From: an uncultured Myxococcales bacterium
GTDB lineage: Bacteria; Myxococcota; UBA4151
Reading direction: 5' to 3'
DNA length: 64,000 nt
Assembly: GCA_964013405.1 (NCBI GenBank)
Contig: CAXGWI010000004.1
Coordinates: forward strand, 1,673-65,672
Position 1 is the first letter of the stretch, and every line of letters starts with the position of its first letter. Both the position numbers and the translations under genes were made by a program. The notes under the pieces were generated by a model. It was not told the origin of the DNA. It saw nothing but the letters and a program-made list of their open reading frames with translations, and ran no database searches. Below are positions 47,601-56,121 of this stretch, one piece after another.

Positions 47601-47810
47601 TTCGCGGCGGTCCGGGCCCAGGCGACGACGCCCGGCGACACCGAGGCTTGGCATCAAGCGCGCCAGGTATGGTGGAACTACCGGAATCGACCCCATCTGC
47701 GCCGTTGTCTTGGCCCAGACGCAGCTTTTCCTGGCGAGCGCCAGGACTGGTTCGAGCGTTTGGTCACGGAGGCATTTTTGCCCGCTTACTTGGATATGGA
47801 GGGCCCATGA
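44685..47810 (+). CDS. recC: Exodeoxyribonuclease V gamma subunit
   Basis: SNRMDVL, LNPS, HPLLASWG, CHGALREVEVL, LRAVPF, HPLQPF; recC-recB-recD order. Confidence 0.92.
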   Translation: MIHLISSNRMDVLRQTLVELLREPVGGPLDHELVIVPNRGLGRWLEMGLAADQGICAQTRLAFPRRLICQILDSALGPDRAQDAYQPEAMAWALYGLIPRWLAQGRGDELADYWQANPSPASRFALCRELARIYDLAIIYRPQNVVKWGQAPQDWPEDLFGALARQLGPEAHLAARIQHYLNGGYEARLPQRLSLFGLGCLPPAFIGLIHEAARRQGCFVYQFQLNPSSGLFVDATTARQQHHLLHGEGLLEAEAHLTTVHPLLASWGGLARAQQRQQIALSFDDERPLYYPAEGEGTLPRLQRDLCDLVDRFERPRGQPPRAGDHSLRIHRCHGALREVEVLKDQILDLLERQADLEPQDIAVLSTDPKTYGPLIQAVFAPELFVSTADLSQADGDDLAQAVGQALEVAQGGLELDSVVDLLNLEVLQRHWRLQGGRVGDLAQLLQRAGIEGARDGLHRAQMSQAGGDARTWKEGLERLALGLAMPSGFDQVVQDRLPVDPGGPEALEQVVGILDALFELQRCLQTEGTVVAGMGALEAALVGLLGPRVERELGSSFDQLTQSAQWAGEVSLPVHLLAQGLQELLDQEAEGGQFLAGGVTVSGLQPLRAVPFQAIYVLGLGASEQPFPRPALGGDLKQRILGPSRPGDRDRRQEDLDLFLQLLLSARRELGLFVSSVSVDDGSEAPVSVVVDQLLDLVVADACAPDAGIDVQASRDELWRHWVIDHPLQPFDPRAFSRQETGGSFAQIYRHEARQKPFGWAGCSAPEEIDLTRLASWFYDSLSEALDTDLGLRLRPWLRANPEPTQQALPARTRHQLVLRLLEDPDKNQAWLEASGQLTPGHLGLFQAGEVLKLVEACPVPPIRPGPPLVVDLSLAGRQLVGRLPAEAMWIEPQAKGPAFGAWLQHLVRQVMVGPTETRVLFNASGKSPWKELTLPAAAADDARDRLEALVKLYCEGMKQGWVFVGEVASAFAAVRAQATTPGDTEAWHQARQVWWNYRNRPHLRRCLGPDAAFPGERQDWFERLVTEAFLPAYLDMEGP

Positions 47811-50800
47811 GCGATCCATTCCAGATGCCGCTGCGGGGGCTGCACTTGCTCGAAGCCAGTGCGGGGACCGGCAAGACATGGACTTTGATGGTGCTCTATT
47901 TGCGCCAGGTTCTTGAGCGCGCCTTGATGCCGGACAAGATTCTCGCGGTCACCTTCACGAACGCGTCGGCTGCGGAACTTCGGCGACGGATTCGTGCGGT
48001 CCTCAGCGATGCGGAGGCCACGTTCAGGGCTGGGCGACCCATTGCGGTGACCGGTGTGACCGACGAGAGCCTCCTTGAGGCCATGCTGAATCATTACACT
48101 GGCGAGGAACTTCGGCGGGAAAATCGATCGTTGTTGCGGGCGGCTTTATCGGGTTTCGACCGGGCCCGGATTGAAACGATTCATGGTTTTTGTCAGCGCG
48201 TATTGGGCGATCTGGCCTTTGGGACGGCGACGGATTACGCCTCCGTCTTAACCGACGAAAACGATGGGACTCGTCGGCAATGGCTGCGTCACTGGTTTCA
48301 GGCCCGCCTCGACAAGGAGTCCGTGCCCGCGGCTCAACGGCTGCAGGCCCGGTTCGTCAAAGGGGGCAAGGCCACCGACTTTGAACTCAAGTTACTCGAT
48401 GGACTGGCCGCCCTTGCCGACGCTCGGCCCCAGGACCTCCAGGTGCTTCCAGCCCCCGTTGGGCGGCCGGACTTCGAGGGCGCCGAAGCAGCGTATCGCG
48501 AGGCTGGAGCCACCTGGCTTGCCGCGTGGCAGGAGTTCCGCGGGGCGGTTCGGGAACAGGTTCAACTGGATCCGGTTGGTTTCAAAAGCTCCCAGCACCG
48601 TAGCGACTCGGTGGCGAAGGCATTCGCCGCTTGGGATGCTTGGACAGATGATGTGGGGCAACCTAAGTGGCTCGAACGTTTTGTGCCCGAGGTGTTGGCC
48701 ACCGCATGGCAGGGAGATCCCGCATTCCTTGCCCAGCCGTTCTGGGGTGCCTGTGAAGGTTTTTTGGCCAAAATCCACGCTTTCGAGGGGGCCAGAGCCC
48801 AACTGGAGATCCACCTGCAGCAAGAGCTGATTGGGGCGGCTCGGATCCAACTTCGACAGGATCGCTTGGCCCGGGGGGAGTTGAGTTTCGACGACCTGCT
48901 TCAAAACCTCCGGTCAGCCGTTGAAAGTCCCGCCTTCGCAGCGAGCTTAGCGGAACAACTACCGGTCATGCTGATCGATGAGTTTCAGGATACCGATCCG
49001 GTCCAATGGTCGATTTTTTCCACGCTGTTCCGGGCCGGCAAGGGTGAGCAGTCACTGTATCTCGTCGGCGACCCAAAACAGGCCATCTACTCATTTCGCA
49101 ACGCCGATCTACACACCTACCTTACCGCAGCGGAAAGCGAAGGGGTCGAGGGGCACTATCTCGCGACGAATTACCGCTCGGAGCCCGAACTCGTCGACGC
49201 CATCAACAGCCTATACCTTGCCCAGGAGCTTCCCTTTGTGTTGCCCCAGATCGAGTTTCACCCAGTGGCCGCAGGCCGGAAGAAGTCGCTGGGGTTGCCG
49301 GGGGCGCCGTTGACCTTGTGCTTGGTGGATCGCAAGGGTGAGAAAGTCATGACGACGGAGGTGCTTCGGCAGGCTATCGCAGAGGACGTTGCGACCCAGA
49401 TACGCACCCTGATCGCCGGCGGCCTGCCGGCCGACCGAATCGCGGTGCTGGTGCGAAAAGGGGAAGAAGCGCAGGTCGTTATCTCCGTCTTGCGACGCCA
49501 TGGTGTCCCAGCGGTGATCGCAGCCCAAGAGCCGCTGTATCAGAGTCCGATCGCAGGGGAACTCCTGTTGCTGCTGCGTGCCTTGCTCCGCTTGGATGAC
49601 CGCCGGGCGATGGTCTCAGCCATGGGCACCTGTTTGTTGGGTTATACGGCCGAGGAGATTCGTGCAGCCACCGAAGTTGAATCCTGCCTCGCCGATGTGA
49701 GAGAGCGCTTTGCTCGCTGGTATGGCATCTGGCGGCGCTGGGGTGCGTTTCCCATGCTCCAAAGCCTCCTTCAGGAATGCCAAGTCCCCAGTCGATTGCT
49801 CGCAGAGCAAGAGGGCCAACGGGCGTTGACGAATCTCAGACAGCTCATGGAGTTGCTTCACTCGGAGCAGCGCCGCGTCAGTGCGTCGCCCGCTGTACTT
49901 CTCGCTTGGTACGAAGAGCGCATACGGCGAGACGGGCGCGAGGAGCGTCGACTCGCGACCGAAGCTGACGCCGTCGAAGTGGTCACGGTCCATAAAGCGA
50001 AAGGCTTACAGTGGGATGTGGTCTTCTGTTCATTCCTGTGGAGCCAAAGGCGCCAGGAGTCGAAAGATCTGATTCGCTTTCATCGTCCCGGGCATGGGCT
50101 GAGTTTGCAGTTGGTGGCGAAGCCGGTCTCGGAAGCAGAAGTTGCGGCCCAAAAAGCAGCTATAGATCAGCGCAACACAGAGGCCGAAGCAGAGCAGGCC
50201 AGACTGCTTTACGTGGCCTTAACTCGGGCGAGGGAGCGCTGCATCGTTCATCTGGGGGCCCTGCACGAAATGGCCAAGAAAATGGCCTATCGCTTCTTCG
50301 CACCCGGTTATGCGCCAGTCGCACTGAGCAAGATGAGCGACGAACAGTTGGCTGGTGCTTTACTGGCCGTACCCGGCCGTATTGAAGTCATTCGCCGTCC
50401 CCATCCCGAGCGCTTGCGATCTCCCCTCAGTCCGGTGGTCGGTCGGGTGATGACCATGGAGCCGGTACGGCAACGCAACCGGACGGCGATTCGTCAGTGG
50501 CGGCGCTTGAGTTACAGCGGCCTCGCCCGGGATCTGGAGAAGGTCGACCACCAGGAGGTCAGCTTGGAATCGGTACAGGGGTCATCCGTGCCCCTTGCGG
50601 CGTTTCCAAAGGGGGCCCGGATCGGCGACTTTTTTCACATGCTTTTCGAGCACCACCTTCAAGGCTCGTTGGAGGTGGATGAGCTGGAACAGATGCTGCG
50701 TCGGCATGGGCTTGCCGGGGCGATGGCGCTGGACGAACTCGCGGCGATTTTCGATCGCTTGCGAACGACCCCCGTCTCGGGGCCGAACAGCCTGGCGACC

Positions 50801-51313
50801 TTGACGGCAGAGGGACAACTTCCCGAAGCCTCCTTCCTTCTTCCGTTGGTGCCCGGTTTTCGCCCGCACAACTTAGCTGAGGCCATCGAGCATCATGGTG
50901 GTGCCGAATGGTCGGACTATGGCCGGCGGTTGGGGGCCCTCAGCACGGAGCAACTCTCCGGGTTTCTGACGGGATCGATCGATCTGGTGTACCGCCACGA
51001 GGGGCGCTGGGGCCTGGTCGATTACAAGTCCAATCATCTCGGTGATTACCGCCAAAACTACAGTACCGACTCCATGGCTCGAGTGATGGCCGAGCATCAC
51101 TATTCACTGCAGGGGCTGATCTATTCGGTTGCCGTGTTGCGGATGATTCGGCGCAAAGAGCCGGAAGTGGACCCCTTGGAGGTTTTTGATGGGGCTCGAT
51201 TCTTCTTTCTGCGGGGGGCCGATGAGCCCGGGTATGGTGTGTATCAACTCCCCATAAACAAAGAGCTCCTCCTTGCCCTCGATCAATGTTTCGCTCCGGG
51301 GGCCCAGAGATGA
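47807..51313 (+). CDS. recB: Exodeoxyribonuclease V beta subunit
   Basis: EASAGTGKT, IDEFQDTD, VGDPKQAIYSFR, TVHKAKGL, YVALTRA, nuclease GSIDL...VDYKSN; ATGA overlap. Confidence 0.95.
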   Translation: MSDPFQMPLRGLHLLEASAGTGKTWTLMVLYLRQVLERALMPDKILAVTFTNASAAELRRRIRAVLSDAEATFRAGRPIAVTGVTDESLLEAMLNHYTGEELRRENRSLLRAALSGFDRARIETIHGFCQRVLGDLAFGTATDYASVLTDENDGTRRQWLRHWFQARLDKESVPAAQRLQARFVKGGKATDFELKLLDGLAALADARPQDLQVLPAPVGRPDFEGAEAAYREAGATWLAAWQEFRGAVREQVQLDPVGFKSSQHRSDSVAKAFAAWDAWTDDVGQPKWLERFVPEVLATAWQGDPAFLAQPFWGACEGFLAKIHAFEGARAQLEIHLQQELIGAARIQLRQDRLARGELSFDDLLQNLRSAVESPAFAASLAEQLPVMLIDEFQDTDPVQWSIFSTLFRAGKGEQSLYLVGDPKQAIYSFRNADLHTYLTAAESEGVEGHYLATNYRSEPELVDAINSLYLAQELPFVLPQIEFHPVAAGRKKSLGLPGAPLTLCLVDRKGEKVMTTEVLRQAIAEDVATQIRTLIAGGLPADRIAVLVRKGEEAQVVISVLRRHGVPAVIAAQEPLYQSPIAGELLLLLRALLRLDDRRAMVSAMGTCLLGYTAEEIRAATEVESCLADVRERFARWYGIWRRWGAFPMLQSLLQECQVPSRLLAEQEGQRALTNLRQLMELLHSEQRRVSASPAVLLAWYEERIRRDGREERRLATEADAVEVVTVHKAKGLQWDVVFCSFLWSQRRQESKDLIRFHRPGHGLSLQLVAKPVSEAEVAAQKAAIDQRNTEAEAEQARLLYVALTRARERCIVHLGALHEMAKKMAYRFFAPGYAPVALSKMSDEQLAGALLAVPGRIEVIRRPHPERLRSPLSPVVGRVMTMEPVRQRNRTAIRQWRRLSYSGLARDLEKVDHQEVSLESVQGSSVPLAAFPKGARIGDFFHMLFEHHLQGSLEVDELEQMLRRHGLAGAMALDELAAIFDRLRTTPVSGPNSLATLTAEGQLPEASFLLPLVPGFRPHNLAEAIEHHGGAEWSDYGRRLGALSTEQLSGFLTGSIDLVYRHEGRWGLVDYKSNHLGDYRQNYSTDSMARVMAEHHYSLQGLIYSVAVLRMIRRKEPEVDPLEVFDGARFFFLRGADEPGYGVYQLPINKELLLALDQCFAPGAQR

Positions 51314-52776
51314 GACCAAGAGGGGATCATGGCTTTGATCGCCTGCTTCTTGCGGGGATTGAAGGGGGTCATCCGCTGCCCGGGGAATTGGCTGGATCGG
51401 TCCGATCGCTTGCGGGCGCATTGAGGGATGGGGAGGTCAGCATTCCCCTTCCAAGCCTCGAGGGGGTTCCATTGGCCGAGGATCCACGCTTGGCTTGGAA
51501 CCCGCCGATCACTCAAGGCATCGAACGGCCCCTGGTGGTTCATTCCGGTCGTCTCTACCTCGGTCGTTACTTTGAAGACATGCGTCGCTTGGCCTTGGCG
51601 ATCAAAAGACGCCGGGCCACCGAGCCGGAAGCCCAGTGGCAGCCGCCGGATGGGGTTTTCGATGGTCTTTCACCGGGGCAGGCAGAAGCACTGAACTTGG
51701 CCTGTCGCCATGCCATCACTTTTGTGACCGGTGGGCCGGGAACCGGAAAGACCCACGTGATCCAAAGCTTGGTCGACTCGATGGCACCGGGGCACCAGGC
51801 ACTGCTTTTGGCACCCACGGGCAAGGCGGCCGGACGACTCCCGGTTTCGGAGCGGGTTCAAGTTCGCACCATCCATAAAGCATTAGGGCTCTATCCGGGC
51901 GGGCGGCATGGACCGAAGTTTCACCCCGACCGGCCCTTCGATGCCGAACTTGTGGTCGTCGATGAGGTGAGCATGGTCGGCTTAACGCTGCTGCGCCAGC
52001 TAGTCGAAGCCGTTGGGCCGAAGGCTCGTCTGGTGCTCGTGGGGGACAAGGATCAATTGCAGAGTGTGGCTGCGGGTTCAGTCCTCGGCCCCCTACTCCA
52101 ACGGGCCGCTTCGACATCGGCCGATGCCCCGAAGGTGGTGCCGGTGGCCAGGCTCCAGACCTCCTTTCGCTTCGGCGGGGCTCTGGCAGCCCTGGCTGCT
52201 GCCGCTGCCGATGGGGACGAAGCTGCCTTCTTCTCCCTGCTTGAGTCCGGCGAGCCAGGGGTCAAATGGGTCGATTATGCCGATCCAAGCGCCCTGCGTT
52301 CGAGCCTACGCTTGGGACAGGGGCAAGTGCTTTGCGCTCATCGCCACGGCCCCATCGGTAGCGAGCAACTCAATGGCTTGATCGCTGCGCAGGCGGACCA
52401 TGGAGACCGGCCGATCATCATTCGTCGCAATGATGAGGAACTGGGTCTTTTTAACGGTGATATCGGTGTCTTGTCCGGTGAGGAGGCTTCGTTTTCTGGG
52501 CGCACTCTTCCCCGGTCTGTCCTGCCTTTTTACGAGTCGGCCTTCGCCCTCACGATTCATCAAAGCCAAGGCAGCGAGTTCGATTTCATTCGCGTGGTGC
52601 TGCCGTCCGTCGACAGCCCATTACTGAGTCGGGAACTCCTCTATACGGCCATGACTCGGGCTCGGGAGGGGCTGACTCTCTATGGGTCTCGAGAAAGTCT
52701 GAAGACGTGTTTGCACCGGCCGAGTAGTTCGGCTCCCGGCCTGCTCGATTTGCTCGACGAGCTAGACGGTTTTTGA
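51310..52776 (+). CDS. recD: Exodeoxyribonuclease V alpha subunit
   Basis: GGPGTGKT, APTGKAA, VDEVSM, GDKDQL, FNGDIG, TIHQSQGSEF, YTAMTRA; ATGA overlap. Confidence 0.92.
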   Translation: MRPRGDHGFDRLLLAGIEGGHPLPGELAGSVRSLAGALRDGEVSIPLPSLEGVPLAEDPRLAWNPPITQGIERPLVVHSGRLYLGRYFEDMRRLALAIKRRRATEPEAQWQPPDGVFDGLSPGQAEALNLACRHAITFVTGGPGTGKTHVIQSLVDSMAPGHQALLLAPTGKAAGRLPVSERVQVRTIHKALGLYPGGRHGPKFHPDRPFDAELVVVDEVSMVGLTLLRQLVEAVGPKARLVLVGDKDQLQSVAAGSVLGPLLQRAASTSADAPKVVPVARLQTSFRFGGALAALAAAAADGDEAAFFSLLESGEPGVKWVDYADPSALRSSLRLGQGQVLCAHRHGPIGSEQLNGLIAAQADHGDRPIIIRRNDEELGLFNGDIGVLSGEEASFSGRTLPRSVLPFYESAFALTIHQSQGSEFDFIRVVLPSVDSPLLSRELLYTAMTRAREGLTLYGSRESLKTCLHRPSSSAPGLLDLLDELDGF

Positions 52777-52848
52777 AACCCGAGTAGGCAGCGGTGAGTC
52801 AGGAAAGCACTCTATTTATGGGACTTTTTTCGTTGGGTCGGTGTTATT

Positions 52849-52898
52849 GAAAATGAGAATCATAACCATCTAGGTTATTGAAAATACTCATAATTACC
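52849..52898 (+). promoter_or_regulatory. Two tandem Fur-box-like sites upstream of bfr
   Basis: GAAAATGAGAATCATAACC (52849-52867, 15/19 to GATAATGATAATCATTATC) and GAAAATACTCATAATTACC (52880-52898, 13/19), followed by TTGACC. Confidence 0.7.
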
Positions 52899-52949
52899 TT
52901 GACCCGAAAGCTCTGCGGGGCTAGGTGTTCAATAGAGCAGGAGACGACC

Positions 52950-53423
52950 ATGGATCGAGCAAACCCCAAGGTGATCGAGTTGTTGAACGAGGTTCTCACC
53001 GCGGAGTTGACTGCGATTAACCAGTACTTCATTCACGCCAAGATGCTGGACAACTGGGGCTACAAACGTTTGGCCGGCAAAGTCCGCCACGAGTCCATCG
53101 ACGAGATGAAGCATGCGGACGAGCTGATCGAGCGCATCCTGTACTTGGGTGGGATTCCCAATATGCAGCGGCTCTGGAAGATCAATGTGGGTGAGACGGT
53201 GCCTGAGCAGTTTGCCTGCGATAAAGCGCTTGAGGTTGCCGCTATCCCCCGACTGAATGCCGGGATCGAGTGTTGTCGTGAGGTTGGTGACAACGGTACC
53301 AGAGTCCTTCTAGAGTCGATTCTGATTTCGGAAGAAGAGCATCTGGACTGGCTAGAGGCGCAGCTTGAGATGATCGAGGCCTTGGGGCTTGGCAATTACC
53401 TCGCCCAGCAGATGCACGAGTAA
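52950..53423 (+). CDS. bfr: Bacterioferritin
   Basis: [21 protein letters not shown] (heme Met), EEEHLDWLE; AGGAG RBS; 157 aa. Confidence 0.96.
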   Translation: MDRANPKVIELLNEVLTAELTAINQYFIHAKMLDNWGYKRLAGKVRHESIDEMKHADELIERILYLGGIPNMQRLWKINVGETVPEQFACDKALEVAAIPRLNAGIECCREVGDNGTRVLLESILISEEEHLDWLEAQLEMIEALGLGNYLAQQMHE

Positions 53424-53475
53424 TCCGCGTTTTCACCGACTGGCGCCCCTTTCTTTTGCGCGCTAGATTCTCCCC

Positions 53476-54972
53476 ATGAGAACGACCTCCTTCTTCATCC
53501 TGTTGTTGGGCTTCACCGCGTGTAGCCCAACGGTACCAGCCCCACCGCTGCAGCTCGATGGGGCTGTAGTTTTCGTTGACGATGCTGGGGTACCGGAAGA
53601 TGGTGGATCGGCCGAAACCGATACGGGCTTCGTCGTTCGGGACGCTGGAAGTGTTCCTCGCGACGGGGGGCAGTCCCCGGCCGACACGGGTGGGGAAAGC
53701 GCCCAAGACAGCGGCTCCCCTCAAGACAGCGGTCTCGTGATCGTCCGCCCCGATGGCGGGGCGCCGGTCTTGGATGCTTCGCCTGCATCCCCCGATGGGG
53801 GTGACCAGGTGGCCGATGGGGGACAACCGGAGCCCGAAGACGATCACGGCGACCGTTTAGAGGACGGCACGGAGTTGGGCGACCGGCGGGAAGCCGATGG
53901 GGTGATCGACCGGCGTGGAGATGTGGATTACTTTATCTTCGTCACCGCTGAAGCAGGTCGCTACCAAATCTTTACGACGGGCAATTCGGACACCATGTGC
54001 GCCCTCTTCACCATTGAAGGGCAACTGTTGGATGAGAACGATGACGCTGGCGAGGGCTTTAACTGCCGAATCGAAGCAAATCTCGAGGCCAATCAAAGAT
54101 ATGGGGTTCGGGTGAGCCTTTGGGCTGGGGGAAGAAACCAGCCTCGGCCCTATCGGCTTCACATCGTTGGTCCTCCCCCGCCGCCGGCCGTGTGTGGCGA
54201 TGGCGAGGTTGAAGGGGCAGAGGAATGCGACGACGGCAATGAGGATGCGACGGATGCCTGTCTCGACTGCCGCCGGGCCCGGTGTGGCGACGGCGTCATG
54301 CGCCTCGATCTGCAGCCGGGGCAGCCGGGCCATGAGTTCTGTGATGATGGCAATGATGATGCCGGGGATGCCTGTACATCGGAATGTGCGATTCCCCGTT
54401 GCGGCGATGGTCACGTTTGGCGCGGTGTCGAGGAATGTGATGATGGCAACGAGATCGATGACGACGGCTGTCGACTCACCTGTCGAGTGGCCCGTTGTGG
54501 CGACGGCGTCGTCTTCGCTGGTGTCGAAGAGTGCGATGATGGCAACCAGATTGGCGGTGATGGCTGTGGTGTCCGCTGTGATGCTGAGACGGTGCCGGCC
54601 GATTGCGAAGCGGTGCAGGGGAGAAACCGGGCCACGATCTATTGCCGAACCCCCCGTCGGACCTGGCCCGGCGCAGAAGCATTCTGTGTCGAGTGGGGGG
54701 GGCACTTGATCACCGTCGACAACGACGCGGACCAGCGTCGCTTGGCAGCCTATGTTTGGCGTGGCGATGACGTCTGGATTGGCCTGAACGACCGGGAGGA
54801 AGAGGGTGAGTTCGTCTGGGCTGGTCGCAACAGTGGTTTCCGGAATTGGTCCAACAACGAGCCGAACAATTCGGGGAACCGGGAAGACTGTGCCCATCTT
54901 TGGCGCCAGGCCTGGGGGGCTTGGAATGATGCCAACTGTGAAGCGAGTTTTGCCTTCTTCTGCGAACGTTAG
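53476..54972 (+). CDS. Lipoprotein: PPC-like domain, four Myxococcus Cys-rich (DUF4215-type) repeats, C-type lectin domain
   Basis: FTA-C; DVDYF, ENDD; 4x CGDG...E.CDDGN; WIGLND, EPN, WND. Confidence 0.85.
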   Translation: MRTTSFFILLLGFTACSPTVPAPPLQLDGAVVFVDDAGVPEDGGSAETDTGFVVRDAGSVPRDGGQSPADTGGESAQDSGSPQDSGLVIVRPDGGAPVLDASPASPDGGDQVADGGQPEPEDDHGDRLEDGTELGDRREADGVIDRRGDVDYFIFVTAEAGRYQIFTTGNSDTMCALFTIEGQLLDENDDAGEGFNCRIEANLEANQRYGVRVSLWAGGRNQPRPYRLHIVGPPPPPAVCGDGEVEGAEECDDGNEDATDACLDCRRARCGDGVMRLDLQPGQPGHEFCDDGNDDAGDACTSECAIPRCGDGHVWRGVEECDDGNEIDDDGCRLTCRVARCGDGVVFAGVEECDDGNQIGGDGCGVRCDAETVPADCEAVQGRNRATIYCRTPRRTWPGAEAFCVEWGGHLITVDNDADQRRLAAYVWRGDDVWIGLNDREEEGEFVWAGRNSGFRNWSNNEPNNSGNREDCAHLWRQAWGAWNDANCEASFAFFCER

Positions 54973-54982
54973 CGCAAGGGCC

Positions 54983-55276
54983 CTAGTCCACGGGCTTGAG
55001 TGTCATATCGCTTTGGGCCCGCATCACACAGGCGAGACGTAAACCCTGGCGGTCGGGCCAGACCACATCCAGAGTTTCTCGTTCGCCCTCATCCGGCGAC
55101 TCCAAGGGCCCAGAGCTTTCGAGGACTTCAACGGCACAGGTACCGCACAGGCCACTGCGACAGCCAAAGGCCACTGGGCTCCCTGGGTGATCGAGCACCA
55201 GGTTGAGCCAAGTGCCCAGCTCGGCATCAAGGGGTTCGTAGCCATCGCAGGCAAAGGAGATGGTCACAGTCTTCAT
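54983..55276 (-). CDS. [2Fe-2S] ferredoxin
   Basis: CRSGLCGTC...RLAC. Confidence 0.9.
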   Translation of the reverse strand: MKTVTISFACDGYEPLDAELGTWLNLVLDHPGSPVAFGCRSGLCGTCAVEVLESSGPLESPDEGERETLDVVWPDRQGLRLACVMRAQSDMTLKPVD

Positions 55277-56121
55277 GGAGATCTCCCACCGCTGACACGT
55301 TCCCGCTGCCCCAGGTCTCGGCGGGTGTCGATGTCTTTAAAGCCAGCCTCGTCGAGCAACGCCCGGACCGCCGCACCCTGTTCGTGACCATGCTCCATGA
55401 GAAGCCAGGTTCCGGTGGTGCAGCGAGCTAGACTCTCCTGGGCGATTCGCCGCAGCACGTCGAGCCCTTCTCCAGTGGCAAAGAGGGCCAGCTCGGGCTC
55501 GTACTGGCGCACCTCCGGATCCAATTGGCTGGCTTCGGATTCGGCCACGTACGGAGGGTTGGCAACGATGAGGTCAAAGGGTCCATCGAGTCCGGCGAAC
55601 AGATCGCCTTGCTCAAGGTGCACGCGGGCCATAAAGCCGAGCGCGTCGAGATTCTCTCGGGCCAGTGCGAGCGCGCTTGGCGAGAGTTCAGTGGCTGCCA
55701 ACTGCCAGTTCGGCCGTTCGCTTGCGAGGGCTGCGATGATACAGCCGCTGCCGGTGCAAAGATCAATGACTCGTGCCTCGTCCGGAGTCTCGATCTCGAG
55801 GGCCCACTCCACCAGAGTCTCCGTATCCGCTCTGGGGGTGAGGACTTGGTCGCTGACCTTGAACTCCAGCGTCCAGAAGCCCTTCTTTTCGAGGATCTGG
55901 GCCAGGGGTTGCCGGCGGCCGCGGGCTGCCAGCAAGGGGCGGAATCGGGCCAACTCCGTCTCTTGAAGAGGCCGGTCTGTTTCCAGGTAGAGTTGCAATC
56001 GTTCCATGCCGAGGGCCGCGGCCAGCAGGCTGCCCGCATCGACCCGGGGCTGGTCGACACCGCGCCGGGCGAGCCAGGCCTCGCTGCTTTTGAGCACGCT
56101 GCCTATGGTTTCAGCCGTCAC
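55273..56121 (-). CDS. prmC: Release factor glutamine methyltransferase
   Basis: VLTPRADTE, DLCTGSGCI, NPPY, EHGHEQ; GTG 56121 overlaps the upstream stop. Confidence 0.93.
   Translation of the reverse strand: MTAETIGSVLKSSEAWLARRGVDQPRVDAGSLLAAALGMERLQLYLETDRPLQETELARFRPLLAARGRRQPLAQILEKKGFWTLEFKVSDQVLTPRADTETLVEWALEIETPDEARVIDLCTGSGCIIAALASERPNWQLAATELSPSALALARENLDALGFMARVHLEQGDLFAGLDGPFDLIVANPPYVAESEASQLDPEVRQYEPELALFATGEGLDVLRRIAQESLARCTTGTWLLMEHGHEQGAAVRALLDEAGFKDIDTRRDLGQRERVSGGRSP

Noticed and set aside
44685-52776. Novel helicase-nuclease defence system
   Set aside because: Motifs, sizes and order match ordinary RecC-RecB-RecD.
54190-54580. CRISPR-like periodic repeats
   Set aside because: Degenerate coding repeats (CGDG...CDDGN) within a CDS; no cas genes, no identical repeats with unique spacers.
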